Virus record (IMG/VR): IMGVR_UViG_3300045988_153924
Strand: one strand, 5' to 3'
Length of the DNA: 39,036 nucleotides
Origin: a virus
Of the stretch, positions 1 through 6,877 are shown in pieces (within the stretch, counting starts at the first letter, position 1; every line of letters starts with the position of its first letter). Under the pieces are notes generated by a model, which saw only the letters and a list, made by a program, of their open reading frames with translations, was not told the DNA's origin and did not search any database. Both the position numbers and the translations under genes were made by a program.

Positions 1-119
1 AACATTCCTCCGCTTATCACTTCTTCAAATATGTCAATGACCGTTAAATTATTGTCCTTTGCATAAGAAAGAAGAATTTCTTTGTGACGTTCAAGTGTTT
101 CAAGCGGATTGTTTTCGTC
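1..119. repeat. Terminal direct repeat identical to 38918..39036; indicates a circular or terminally redundant genome unit of about 38,917 bp
   Basis: Bases 1..119 read identically to 38918..39036 by direct comparison of the window start and end. Confidence 0.9.
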
Positions 120-155
120 CGCTCTCGATTTTCGTAAATACATGGCTACATTCAT
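1..155 (-). CDS. N-terminal segment of the large serine recombinase (duplicate of the portion that runs off the window end); begins MNVAMYLRKSRADE
   Basis: Minus-strand ATG at 153..155 preceded by a GGAAG RBS; the frame continues into the repeat that matches 38918..39036; the S in YLRKSRADE is consistent with a serine recombinase catalytic motif. Confidence 0.6.
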   Translation of the reverse strand, partial: MNVAMYLRKSRADENNPLETLERHKEILLSYAKDNNLTVIDIFEEVISGGM

Positions 156-275
156 CGTAAATCTTCCTTTCTTGTGTTATATTTCAACTCACACACTCCG
201 TGGGGAGCGTGACATATGTGTATAAATGCACTTTATTCTTTTTCCTCTGTCTGCTCCAACAGGCAGGGGAATTTT

Positions 276-506
276 TTACGCGGCAGAATTTGTATAGTCA
301 ATTACTGCAATATCATTTATAACGCTTTCAAGTTTGTATACTATTTTTTCAATCTGCTCGAATACTTCATCGGAATAATAAACTTCGTTGCAATGCTCAC
401 AAACCATAGCCGGAACATTTTTTATAATAATAACGCAATTTTCAAGATTTGCAACATATGTTCTGTTTTTGTTAATAGTGTCATGACCACATTCGATACA
501 TTTCAT
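276..506 (-). CDS. YgiT-type zinc-finger protein (MqsA-like antitoxin N-domain, no HTH)
   Basis: MKCIECGH...VCEHCNE shows the CxxC...CxxC spacing typical of YgiT/MqsA zinc ribbons; AGGAG RBS; start 3 bp after the DUF4258 stop. Confidence 0.7.
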   Translation of the reverse strand: MKCIECGHDTINKNRTYVANLENCVIIIKNVPAMVCEHCNEVYYSDEVFEQIEKIVYKLESVINDIAVIDYTNSAA

Positions 507-508
507 AA

Positions 509-853
509 TTAATTCTCCTTTCTTGTTTTCAAATCATCATAAAATTTTATGGTATCGGGAATATATGCTGTTATAATATAGATATATTCGTCGTCAAAAC
601 TACATACGACGTGTAACGGCTTGTCAATACCTCTATATCCGAATACAAGACAACTTGCAAAAGGTTTGTCGCTTATATAATTTTCTATAATTTCGCCGTT
701 TAAAACACATTGTATGACTTCATCTCTTAATATTTTTCTTTGCAATAGCCTTTGAGTAGCGTGTTCTTTCCAAATAATTTTTTTATTCTTACACGCATTT
801 TTCAAATCGTTTATATTATATGGAAAATCGTTAATTGTTATCAATCCTTTCAA
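509..853 (-). CDS. DUF4258 family protein (predicted toxin partner of YgiT/MqsA-type antitoxins)
   Basis: IIWKEHATQRLLQR...PLHVVCSFDDEYIYIITAYIPD matches the conserved DUF4258 core; TTG start with a weak RBS, so the start is uncertain. Confidence 0.7.
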   Translation of the reverse strand: MKGLITINDFPYNINDLKNACKNKKIIWKEHATQRLLQRKILRDEVIQCVLNGEIIENYISDKPFASCLVFGYRGIDKPLHVVCSFDDEYIYIITAYIPDTIKFYDDLKTRKEN

Positions 854-894
854 TTTTTACTTACGTTTCTCTAATTTTATATATAAAAACCCCT

Positions 895-1299
895 TTAATA
901 CTCTGAATTTTTCAAATAGTCCATATGTCTGCGGTAACGTCTTGGGACGTTAATAGGCACGTCATAACCGATTTGTTTCAGAAATTCGGTTATAGCATCA
1001 ACACCGTCATTAAAAAATTCCGTTATACGTTTTTCTTTGTTAGTTATATTTTTGTAATTAGGCGGGCATACAAAAGTCCAATCCGCACCTTCGTTATCAA
1101 AAATAATTCTAAAATATTCATCTATATTATATTTGTCGAGAGCCTTTGCCAATAATAAATGGTGTTCACAACCCTCGTCAAGCAACGAAACAACAGCGTG
1201 TGAGCGGTCGTGTGCAATTACTGCCATTAATGGCTCACTGTCATGATTTATAAATTCGGTTTTCGTTTCATCACTGCCGTAATATTTAATGATGTCCAT
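895..1299 (-). CDS. Hypothetical protein (134 aa) directly downstream of the repressor in the lysogeny operon
   Basis: ORF with an AAGGGG RBS, apparently co-transcribed with the CI-like gene; no recognisable motifs and no HExxH, so it is not ImmA-like. Confidence 0.55.
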   Translation of the reverse strand: MDIIKYYGSDETKTEFINHDSEPLMAVIAHDRSHAVVSLLDEGCEHHLLLAKALDKYNIDEYFRIIFDNEGADWTFVCPPNYKNITNKEKRITEFFNDGVDAITEFLKQIGYDVPINVPRRYRRHMDYLKNSEY

Positions 1300-1328
1300 A
1301 ATATCAATCCCCTTAAATTCAATCTTAT

Positions 1329-2009
1329 CTACAGTTTTCTTTTTATCGACCGAACCAATCCAAAAACCCGAATACGCAAAACATTTTCATTTTCAAAACG
1401 TCTGACAGGGTACATCGGATTTATCGAATGTAATTCAATAAAATTAGGACCGTATACGATTTTCTTAATAACGCCTTCTTCATCATCAATCAATACCACG
1501 GCATAACTGCCACTGTCTACCGATGACTGACATCTGACAAGTACAAGGTCACCTTCTTCAAACTTCGGATACATACTGTCGCCCTTAACTGTTAAATATC
1601 TGTACTCTTGTCCGTCTTTTACGTCATCGTAGTCTGTCGGTTCATATCCGATAATTTCATTATCAGCAAGACAACCCGTTCCGGCTGCAACAGAACCAAT
1701 AACAGGAATATTAACAAACTTTATATCATCTAACGGATATGTGTTTGATGGGGCAATTTGTTCAGCTTGCATTGGAACGTCATATCCCATAAGCCATGCT
1801 TCACTTACATTTAACGCTTTACCTAATATATATAGTTTATGTTGTCCAGGTTCTGATTTACCCGCCACATATTGACTTATATCGTTTCTGCCTAATCTCG
1901 TATTATTTTCTTTGCAATAAGGCTCTGCCAATCTTACTATATCAATCTGTTTTAAATTACGTTCTTTCATTAATTGTTTTAATCTAAGAGCAGTATTTGA
2001 ATTTTTCAA
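1329..2009 (-). CDS. CI-like repressor: N-terminal XRE-family HTH plus C-terminal S24 (LexA-like) peptidase
   Basis: An N-terminal HTH region followed by a GDSM serine motif and a downstream lysine; TTG start at 2007..2009 with an AGGAGG RBS; divergent from the cro-like gene. Confidence 0.85.
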   Translation of the reverse strand: MKNSNTALRLKQLMKERNLKQIDIVRLAEPYCKENNTRLGRNDISQYVAGKSEPGQHKLYILGKALNVSEAWLMGYDVPMQAEQIAPSNTYPLDDIKFVNIPVIGSVAAGTGCLADNEIIGYEPTDYDDVKDGQEYRYLTVKGDSMYPKFEEGDLVLVRCQSSVDSGSYAVVLIDDEEGVIKKIVYGPNFIELHSINPMYPVRRFENENVLRIRVFGLVRSIKRKL

Positions 2010-2032
2010 TTTTATCGCCTCCTCACACGATT

Positions 2033-2061
2033 ATTGTAACAGTTCTTGAACAAAAAGTCAA
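2033..2061 (-). promoter_or_regulatory. Sigma70-type promoter for the repressor operon (-35 TTGACT, 17-nt spacer, -10 TACAAT on the minus strand)
   Basis: Read directly from the sequence; a TGAACAA operator half-site lies within the spacer. Confidence 0.55.
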
Positions 2062-2102
2062 TAAGCTTTATAAAAAAAGTTCATTTTTTTTGAACAAAAG
2101 TG

Positions 2103-2131
2103 TTGACAAGTGGTGAAGAACATGGTATTAT
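2103..2131 (+). promoter_or_regulatory. Sigma70-type promoter for the cro-like gene (-35 TTGACA, 17-nt spacer, extended -10 TGgTATTAT)
   Basis: Read directly from the sequence. Confidence 0.65.
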
Positions 2132-2136
2132 ATAAT

Positions 2137-2157
2137 TGTTCAAAGATACTGAACAAA
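2137..2157. promoter_or_regulatory. Operator palindrome TTGTTCA-N7-TGAACAA overlapping the cro transcription start. Further half-sites lie at 2047..2053 and 2091..2097, a second full site at 2389..2408 and one at 3029..3035
   Basis: Perfect 7-bp inverted half-sites recurring across the CI/cro intergenic region. Confidence 0.6.
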
Positions 2158-2180
2158 AAATAGAAAGGGGGTAAATAAAT

Positions 2181-2420
2181 ATGTCATTTAAGTACGCAAA
2201 GTTGTCGGGAAGAATTAAAGAAAAGTTCAAGACGCAAGAAAGATTTGCGGAGGCGATGAATATGTCACCACGCAGTATATCATTAAAATTAAACAACAAA
2301 AGAGAATGGAAACAAAACGAAATTGATAAAGCTTGTGAACTGTTGGAAATTCAAACTTCCGAAATTGGTGAATTTTTTTTTGCCAACATTGTTCAAAGCT
2401 CTGAACAAAAATCAGCATAA
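2181..2420 (+). CDS. Cro-like small XRE HTH regulator
   Basis: 79-aa protein with an HTH-like segment, divergent from CI, with promoter and operators upstream. Confidence 0.7.
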   Translation: MSFKYAKLSGRIKEKFKTQERFAEAMNMSPRSISLKLNNKREWKQNEIDKACELLEIQTSEIGEFFFANIVQSSEQKSA

Positions 2421-2425
2421 AAAAA

Positions 2426-2453
2426 CAAGCACACAGCAAAGACTATGTGCTTG
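2426..2453. terminator. Hairpin (8-bp stem CAAGCACA/TGTGCTTG) flanked by A/T runs on both sides; possible bidirectional terminator after cro
   Basis: Stem and flanking A/T runs read directly from the sequence. Confidence 0.45.
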
Positions 2454-2745
2454 AAGAAAAATAAATATAGAGTTTCACCGAATTTACGGAGTGCAAACTA
2501 TACGTTACCGTATAGCAGGGCGAATGATTCACCGCCTTTGAATTATTAAGTGTTTTAGTTACGTTGATTAAAGAGTTGCATGAAGAAGTTGTGCAACCCA
2601 ATATTCTTGCCTTATCAGCTTTTTGCTTGTCGTAATCAAAGCCTAAGCTTATTCTATAATCATCAGCAAGCTTGCTTGCATTATGCTCTTTGGCGATTTT
2701 AGCGAGGCCTGCTGTTGCTGAAACAATATTCATGGAATTTTTCAT
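2443..2745 (-). CDS. Hypothetical protein (about 95-100 aa); the C-terminus runs through the terminator hairpin, so its reality is uncertain
   Basis: Open frame with a weak RBS and plausible globular composition. Confidence 0.3.
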   Translation of the reverse strand: MKNSMNIVSATAGLAKIAKEHNASKLADDYRISLGFDYDKQKADKARILGCTTSSCNSLINVTKTLNNSKAVNHSPCYTVTYSLHSVNSVKLYIYFSSST

Positions 2746-2990
2746 AGCAGTCCAAGTTGTTACTCCGAAAAAAATCGTGGTTATGTCATTTCTGCATAAC
2801 TCTCATAGTCGCCTATGAGTTCAGACTGTGCCTTCAACCTGTGGGAAAGGTTGCTCCGTGTCCAGTCGTTACACCTCCCCGTAGTGGGTTTGGCTCGGCG
2901 TTGTCTATATTTATTACATTTTAGCACAATATGGTTATTTACGCAAGAACAAAAATCGACGTAGGTAATATAAGAAAGTAGGTGGGAATT

Positions 2991-3140
2991 ATGAAATTTA
3001 AGAAAGATGAGTATATAAAGCTTTATTTTGAACAAAAAAGGTCATTTTTAGTTACAGAGATTATGAGTATATATACTGCAACGGAAGACCTTGAAATCAA
3101 AATAAAATGTTTGGAATTATTGAATAAAATAGAAGGATAA
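2991..3140 (+). CDS. Small hypothetical ORF (49 aa) containing an operator-like TGAACAA site
   Basis: ATG with a GGTGG RBS; below the ORF-track size cutoff. Confidence 0.2.
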   Translation: MKFKKDEYIKLYFEQKRSFLVTEIMSIYTATEDLEIKIKCLELLNKIEG

Positions 3141-3166
3141 TCTTCTTTAGACTATCCTCCTAAAAT

Positions 3167-3469
3167 TTAATTATTGCAGTATAAAATTCCGTCTTTTAAT
3201 GAAATATGTTCAAATTCAGTAAAACCAAATGATGATGAAATATTTGTAATTGTGTGCTTTTCATCAAGAGGAGATTTTACAGAAACAAAAACTTTGAATG
3301 ATGGACAAAGCAGGACATATTTACCATAAAACTTATTATTTCTTTTATCTGAACTAAGAACTCCTTCAAACCCTTCTTTTTCAGAGCCTATTATTGAATA
3401 AGAAATATTTTGTTGCTTTGCCATATCTATAAATGACAGGAATTCGTTAAGTGTTTTTACAATTATCAT
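3167..3469 (-). CDS. Hypothetical protein (100 aa), lone minus-strand gene between cro and the antirepressor
   Basis: Strong AGGAGGTG RBS 8 nt before ATG 3469; no transmembrane segment; unknown function. Confidence 0.6.
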   Translation of the reverse strand: MIIVKTLNEFLSFIDMAKQQNISYSIIGSEKEGFEGVLSSDKRNNKFYGKYVLLCPSFKVFVSVKSPLDEKHTITNISSSFGFTEFEHISLKDGILYCNN

Positions 3470-3552
3470 TATAATCACCTCCTTCCGAGATGATTATAGC
3501 ACAAATGGTTAAAAAATACAATCGACATGTATAAGAAAGGAAAATTTAAATT

Positions 3553-4347
3553 ATGGAAGAATTAAAGGTATTTGAAAATGCAGAGTTCGGCTCTGTAAGA
3601 ACAACAACAGTAAACGGAGAGATTATGTTTGTCGGTAAGGATGTGGCGGGAATACTTGGGTATAGCAATCCTCGCAAAGCTTTAGCGGACCATGTTGATG
3701 AAGATGACAAAACGGATGGGGTAACGATTCGTGACTCCATCGGTAGAGAACAAAATCCGGTATGTATCAATGAATCGGGTTTGTACAGTCTTATCTTATC
3801 AAGCAAAATGCCGAATGCGAAGAAGTTTAAGCATTGGGTTACGGCTGATGTATTACCGGCTATACGCAAAACAGGAATGTATGCGACCGAAGAACTATTG
3901 GAAAATCCCGATTTGGCTATACAGGCGTTTACGGCATTAAAATTGGAGCGAGAGAAAAATAAGAAACTAAACACCACTGTTAAAGTTCAAGAACAGCAGA
4001 TTATGGAACTTCAACCAAAGGCGTCATATTATGATTTAGTTTTAAATTGTCCCGATTTATTATCAGTCACTGTCATAGCAAAGGATTACGGTAAGTCGGC
4101 AAAATGGTTAAACAATTTCTTAAAAGAACACCAGATACAGTTTAAGCAAGGAGGGATATGGCTGTTGTATAAGGAATATGCTGAAAAAGGCTACACAAGT
4201 ACAAAGACGCATACTGTAAACGGAAATGACGGCAAGCAACATTCTAAAGTAAATACATATTGGACACAAAAAGGCAGATTGTTTATTTATGCATTGTTAA
4301 AGAGCGAGGGTATACTTCCGATAATGGAACAGGAGCAGATCGCTTAG
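3553..4347 (+). CDS. Phage antirepressor (Bro-N/ORF6N N-domain plus KilA-C/AntA C-domain)
   Basis: The N-terminal MEELKVFENAEFGSVRTTTVNGEIMFVGKDVAGILGY is Bro-N-like; the C-terminal half is KilAC-like. Confidence 0.8.
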   Translation: MEELKVFENAEFGSVRTTTVNGEIMFVGKDVAGILGYSNPRKALADHVDEDDKTDGVTIRDSIGREQNPVCINESGLYSLILSSKMPNAKKFKHWVTADVLPAIRKTGMYATEELLENPDLAIQAFTALKLEREKNKKLNTTVKVQEQQIMELQPKASYYDLVLNCPDLLSVTVIAKDYGKSAKWLNNFLKEHQIQFKQGGIWLLYKEYAEKGYTSTKTHTVNGNDGKQHSKVNTYWTQKGRLFIYALLKSEGILPIMEQEQIA

Positions 4348-4403
4348 TACAAAGTAATAGGACAAAAAATGAAATACATAGATTAAAGCAGGAGGTGGAG
4401 ATT

Positions 4404-4637
4404 ATGGAGGCGGAAAAGACCAAAAAGGCAAGAAAGCCGAGAAAGCAACCTAAAGTACATGTTGAAGTGGTAGGAAGTTGGCAAGACAGACCTGCTTATG
4501 AGCGTTTTCAGCATTGGAAACCTCATATAGAAAATATGTATCATATGCTTGGGTACGGTGATGTAACGGTTGAGCCGTCGCAGGAGATGATTGACGAGTA
4601 CAATGCTATTCAAGCAAACAAAGAAAAAGGAGCTTAA
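4404..4637 (+). CDS. Hypothetical basic protein (77 aa)
   Basis: AGGAGGTGGAG RBS immediately upstream of the ATG. Confidence 0.6.
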   Translation: MEAEKTKKARKPRKQPKVHVEVVGSWQDRPAYERFQHWKPHIENMYHMLGYGDVTVEPSQEMIDEYNAIQANKEKGA

Positions 4638-4644
4638 TGCTCCG

Positions 4645-4797
4645 ATGATGGGACAAGCTCACAGGATAAAGAGAGGTAAACTAATGAACACAATAGGAAT
4701 TGCACTGATTAGTTTCAGTATCGGACTAATCATAAGTTGGAAATTGGCAGAAAGGGACATAAAAAATGCTAAAAAGAAAACCAAAAACAGAGAATGA
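4645..4797 (+). CDS. Small membrane protein (one transmembrane helix IGIALISFSIGLIISW)
   Basis: ATG with an AAGGAG RBS 12 nt upstream; an alternative start at 4684 has a GAGAGG RBS. Confidence 0.4.
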   Translation: MMGQAHRIKRGKLMNTIGIALISFSIGLIISWKLAERDIKNAKKKTKNRE

Positions 4798-4907
4798 GAA
4801 AACGGAAGAATATTTTCACAGAGAAGTATTTCCGATGATTAACGCATTCGCCAAGGAGTGCAGAGGACACGCAAAGCAGAAAATAACGGTGAAAGGAATA
4901 TTTTCAA

Positions 4908-5078
4908 ATGAACAAATATGTAGTAATGACGGGCAGAGATGATGTTGTGGTTTTAAACGCTGATGAGAACAAGTCGGTTAAGGCATACATAGCAAAAGGA
5001 TATGGGATAACAAATCGTATCAAGTCAAAGCACCCGCTTGAAATGAGTGTTGCAAAGATTATCAGTGGAGATAATTAA
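4908..5078 (+). CDS. Small hypothetical protein (56 aa)
   Basis: AAAGGAA RBS 10 nt before the ATG; below the ORF-track cutoff. Confidence 0.35.
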   Translation: MNKYVVMTGRDDVVVLNADENKSVKAYIAKGYGITNRIKSKHPLEMSVAKIISGDN

Positions 5079-5084
5079 ACGGCT

Positions 5085-5348
5085 ATGACAAAATACGAAT
5101 TTGACGATTGGGCGTGCATAGACGATGACTTTGCTTGTCGTGATGACGACTTCGCCTGTATTGATGATGATTGGGCGTGCATAGATGATGATTGGGCGTG
5201 CATAGATGATGATGACGCAGTATGCGACGATGAACGCGACGGACTTACGGAAGAAGAAGCCGACGCATACGAAAAGGGAAAGCGTGGTATGACCTATTCA
5301 AAGAGGTATTGCAGTTCCCGTACAGTTACGGATTATCTTGGGAAATAG
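5085..5348 (+). CDS. Highly acidic heptad-repeat protein: five tandem (W/F)AC(I/R)DDD units followed by an acidic tail
   Basis: The translation shows the tandem repeats directly; the underlying 21-nt DNA repeats lie at 5109..5213. Confidence 0.6.
   Translation: MTKYEFDDWACIDDDFACRDDDFACIDDDWACIDDDWACIDDDDAVCDDERDGLTEEEADAYEKGKRGMTYSKRYCSSRTVTDYLGK
5109..5213. repeat. Five tandem 21-nt repeats (the last two identical) encoding the WACIDDD heptads
   Basis: Repeat units read directly from the sequence. Confidence 0.8.
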
Positions 5349-5398
5349 TTTCGGCATACAGACAGCCTATAAAATATCAGAATTAGGAGGTGAGAAGT

Positions 5399-5548
5399 GT
5401 GGCAGATGAGAAAACGGCGGAAATACTGAAATTGTATAGCGATTTAACACCGAATGAAAAGCATTTGGTAGGTGTTTTCGTAAATGCGATGATACTTAGT
5501 CGCAATAAAAATGACCGTCAGAGCGGCAACTCAATAACGGTCAAATAA
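5399..5548 (+). CDS. Small hypothetical protein (49 aa)
   Basis: AGGAGGTG RBS 8 nt before the GTG start; below the ORF-track cutoff. Confidence 0.45.
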   Translation: MADEKTAEILKLYSDLTPNEKHLVGVFVNAMILSRNKNDRQSGNSITVK

Positions 5549-5555
5549 CAAAAAC

Positions 5556-5576
5556 ACATAGATTATTAATCTATGT
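5556..5576. promoter_or_regulatory. Perfect 10-1-10 palindrome ACATAGATTAtTAATCTATGT about 33 bp upstream of the first replication-module gene
   Basis: Palindrome read directly from the sequence; no loop and no T-run, so it looks like a protein-binding site rather than a terminator. Confidence 0.4.
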
Positions 5577-5608
5577 CAACATTATACCACAGAAAGGAAC
5601 GAAAATCA

Positions 5609-6877
5609 ATGATAAAGATAAATGAATTACAGCTTGAAAATGTCAAGCGAATAAAGGCGGTAAAACTTGAGCCGGCACAGAATGGTTTAACTGTTATCGG
5701 AGGAAAGAACGGACAGGGTAAAACTTCTGTCATAGACAGTATAGCGTGGGCGTTGGGCGGTGACAAATACCGTCCGTCACAACCACAGCGTGACGGTTCG
5801 GTCATTCCGCCTATTCTTCATATTGAATTGTCAAACGGTTTAATTGTAGAACGTAAAGGCAAGAACAGTGCATTGAAAGTAATAGATCCGAACGGTAACA
5901 AAGGCGGTCAACAGCTTTTAAACGAATTTATCGAACAATTTGCACTGGACTTGCCGAAATTTATGCAAGGCACATCAAAGGAAAAAGCAGAGATACTACT
6001 TCAAGTAATCGGTGTCGGAGAGCAGTTATATGAAATTGAAAACAGAGAAAAACAACTTTACAACGAACGTACCGCAATCGGCAGAATAGCAGACCAAAAG
6101 AAGAAGTTTGCGGAAGAAATAGTCGATTATCCCGAAGCACCGAAAGAACTTATTTCAATCTCGGAACTTATCCTAAAGCAACAGGAAATACTTGCAAAAA
6201 ACGGCGAAAACCAACGTAAACGTGAAAAGGCACAATCACTTTTAAAGCGCTCCGAAGATTTAAAAGCACAGATTACAAATCTTCAATCACAACTTGATGT
6301 TGTACTTTCAGATCTTGAAATTGCACAAAAATCGGCACTTGATTTGCACGACGAATCAACCGAAGAACTTGAACAGAACATCAAGAACATTGAGCAGATA
6401 AACATTAAAGTTCGTGCCAATATGGATAAAGACAAAGCCGAAGAAGAAGCGAAAGAATACAAGGACAAGTATGACGAGCTTACCACAGCTATTAGTAACG
6501 TTCGTAAAGAAAAGACGAATTTATTGAAGAATGCAAATCTGCCACTTGATGGATTGTCGGTTGAGGACGGCGAGCTTACATACAAAGGCTTTAAGTGGGA
6601 TAACATGAGCGGTGCGGAGCAGATGAAAGTATCAACGGCTATTGTCAGAAAGCTCAATCCCGATTGTGGTTTTGTACTTCTTGATAAGTTGGAGCAAATG
6701 GATACCGACACATTAAAAGAGTTCGGTGAATGGCTTGAAAAAGAGGGATTGCAGGCAATAGCCACAAGAGTAAGTACAGGTGAAGAATGCAGTATCATCA
6801 TTGAGGACGGATATTCAAGCGAATCAAGCACAGCAACACCTAATGCGACAAAAACTTGGAAAGAGGGAGAATTTTAA
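5609..6877 (+). CDS. SMC/SbcC/Rad50-like AAA ATPase (phage recombination ATPase)
   Basis: Walker A GGKNGQGKTS near the N-terminus, a long coiled-coil middle, and a C-terminal ABC signature/D-loop region; AAAGGAAC RBS. Confidence 0.75.
   Translation: MIKINELQLENVKRIKAVKLEPAQNGLTVIGGKNGQGKTSVIDSIAWALGGDKYRPSQPQRDGSVIPPILHIELSNGLIVERKGKNSALKVIDPNGNKGGQQLLNEFIEQFALDLPKFMQGTSKEKAEILLQVIGVGEQLYEIENREKQLYNERTAIGRIADQKKKFAEEIVDYPEAPKELISISELILKQQEILAKNGENQRKREKAQSLLKRSEDLKAQITNLQSQLDVVLSDLEIAQKSALDLHDESTEELEQNIKNIEQINIKVRANMDKDKAEEEAKEYKDKYDELTTAISNVRKEKTNLLKNANLPLDGLSVEDGELTYKGFKWDNMSGAEQMKVSTAIVRKLNPDCGFVLLDKLEQMDTDTLKEFGEWLEKEGLQAIATRVSTGEECSIIIEDGYSSESSTATPNATKTWKEGEF

Noticed and set aside
216-512. 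Plus-strand 98-aa ORF
   Set aside because: Antisense shadow of the well-supported zinc-finger gene; no RBS and implausible composition.
925-1506. Plus-strand ORFs 925..1155 and 1243..1506
   Set aside because: They lie opposite the 134-aa and CI genes, have a low-complexity Phe/Ile-rich translation and no RBS.
2781-3035. Minus-strand 84-aa ORF across the GC-rich island
   Set aside because: The translation mixes an AT-rich hydrophobic run with a GC-rich segment and there is no RBS. The region is more likely non-coding.
3546-3977. Minus-strand 143-aa ORF
   Set aside because: Antisense to the Bro-N antirepressor; Ser-rich shadow frame.
6283-6831. Minus-strand 182-aa Ser-rich ORF
   Set aside because: Antisense to the SMC/SbcC-like ATPase coiled-coil region; typical shadow ORF.
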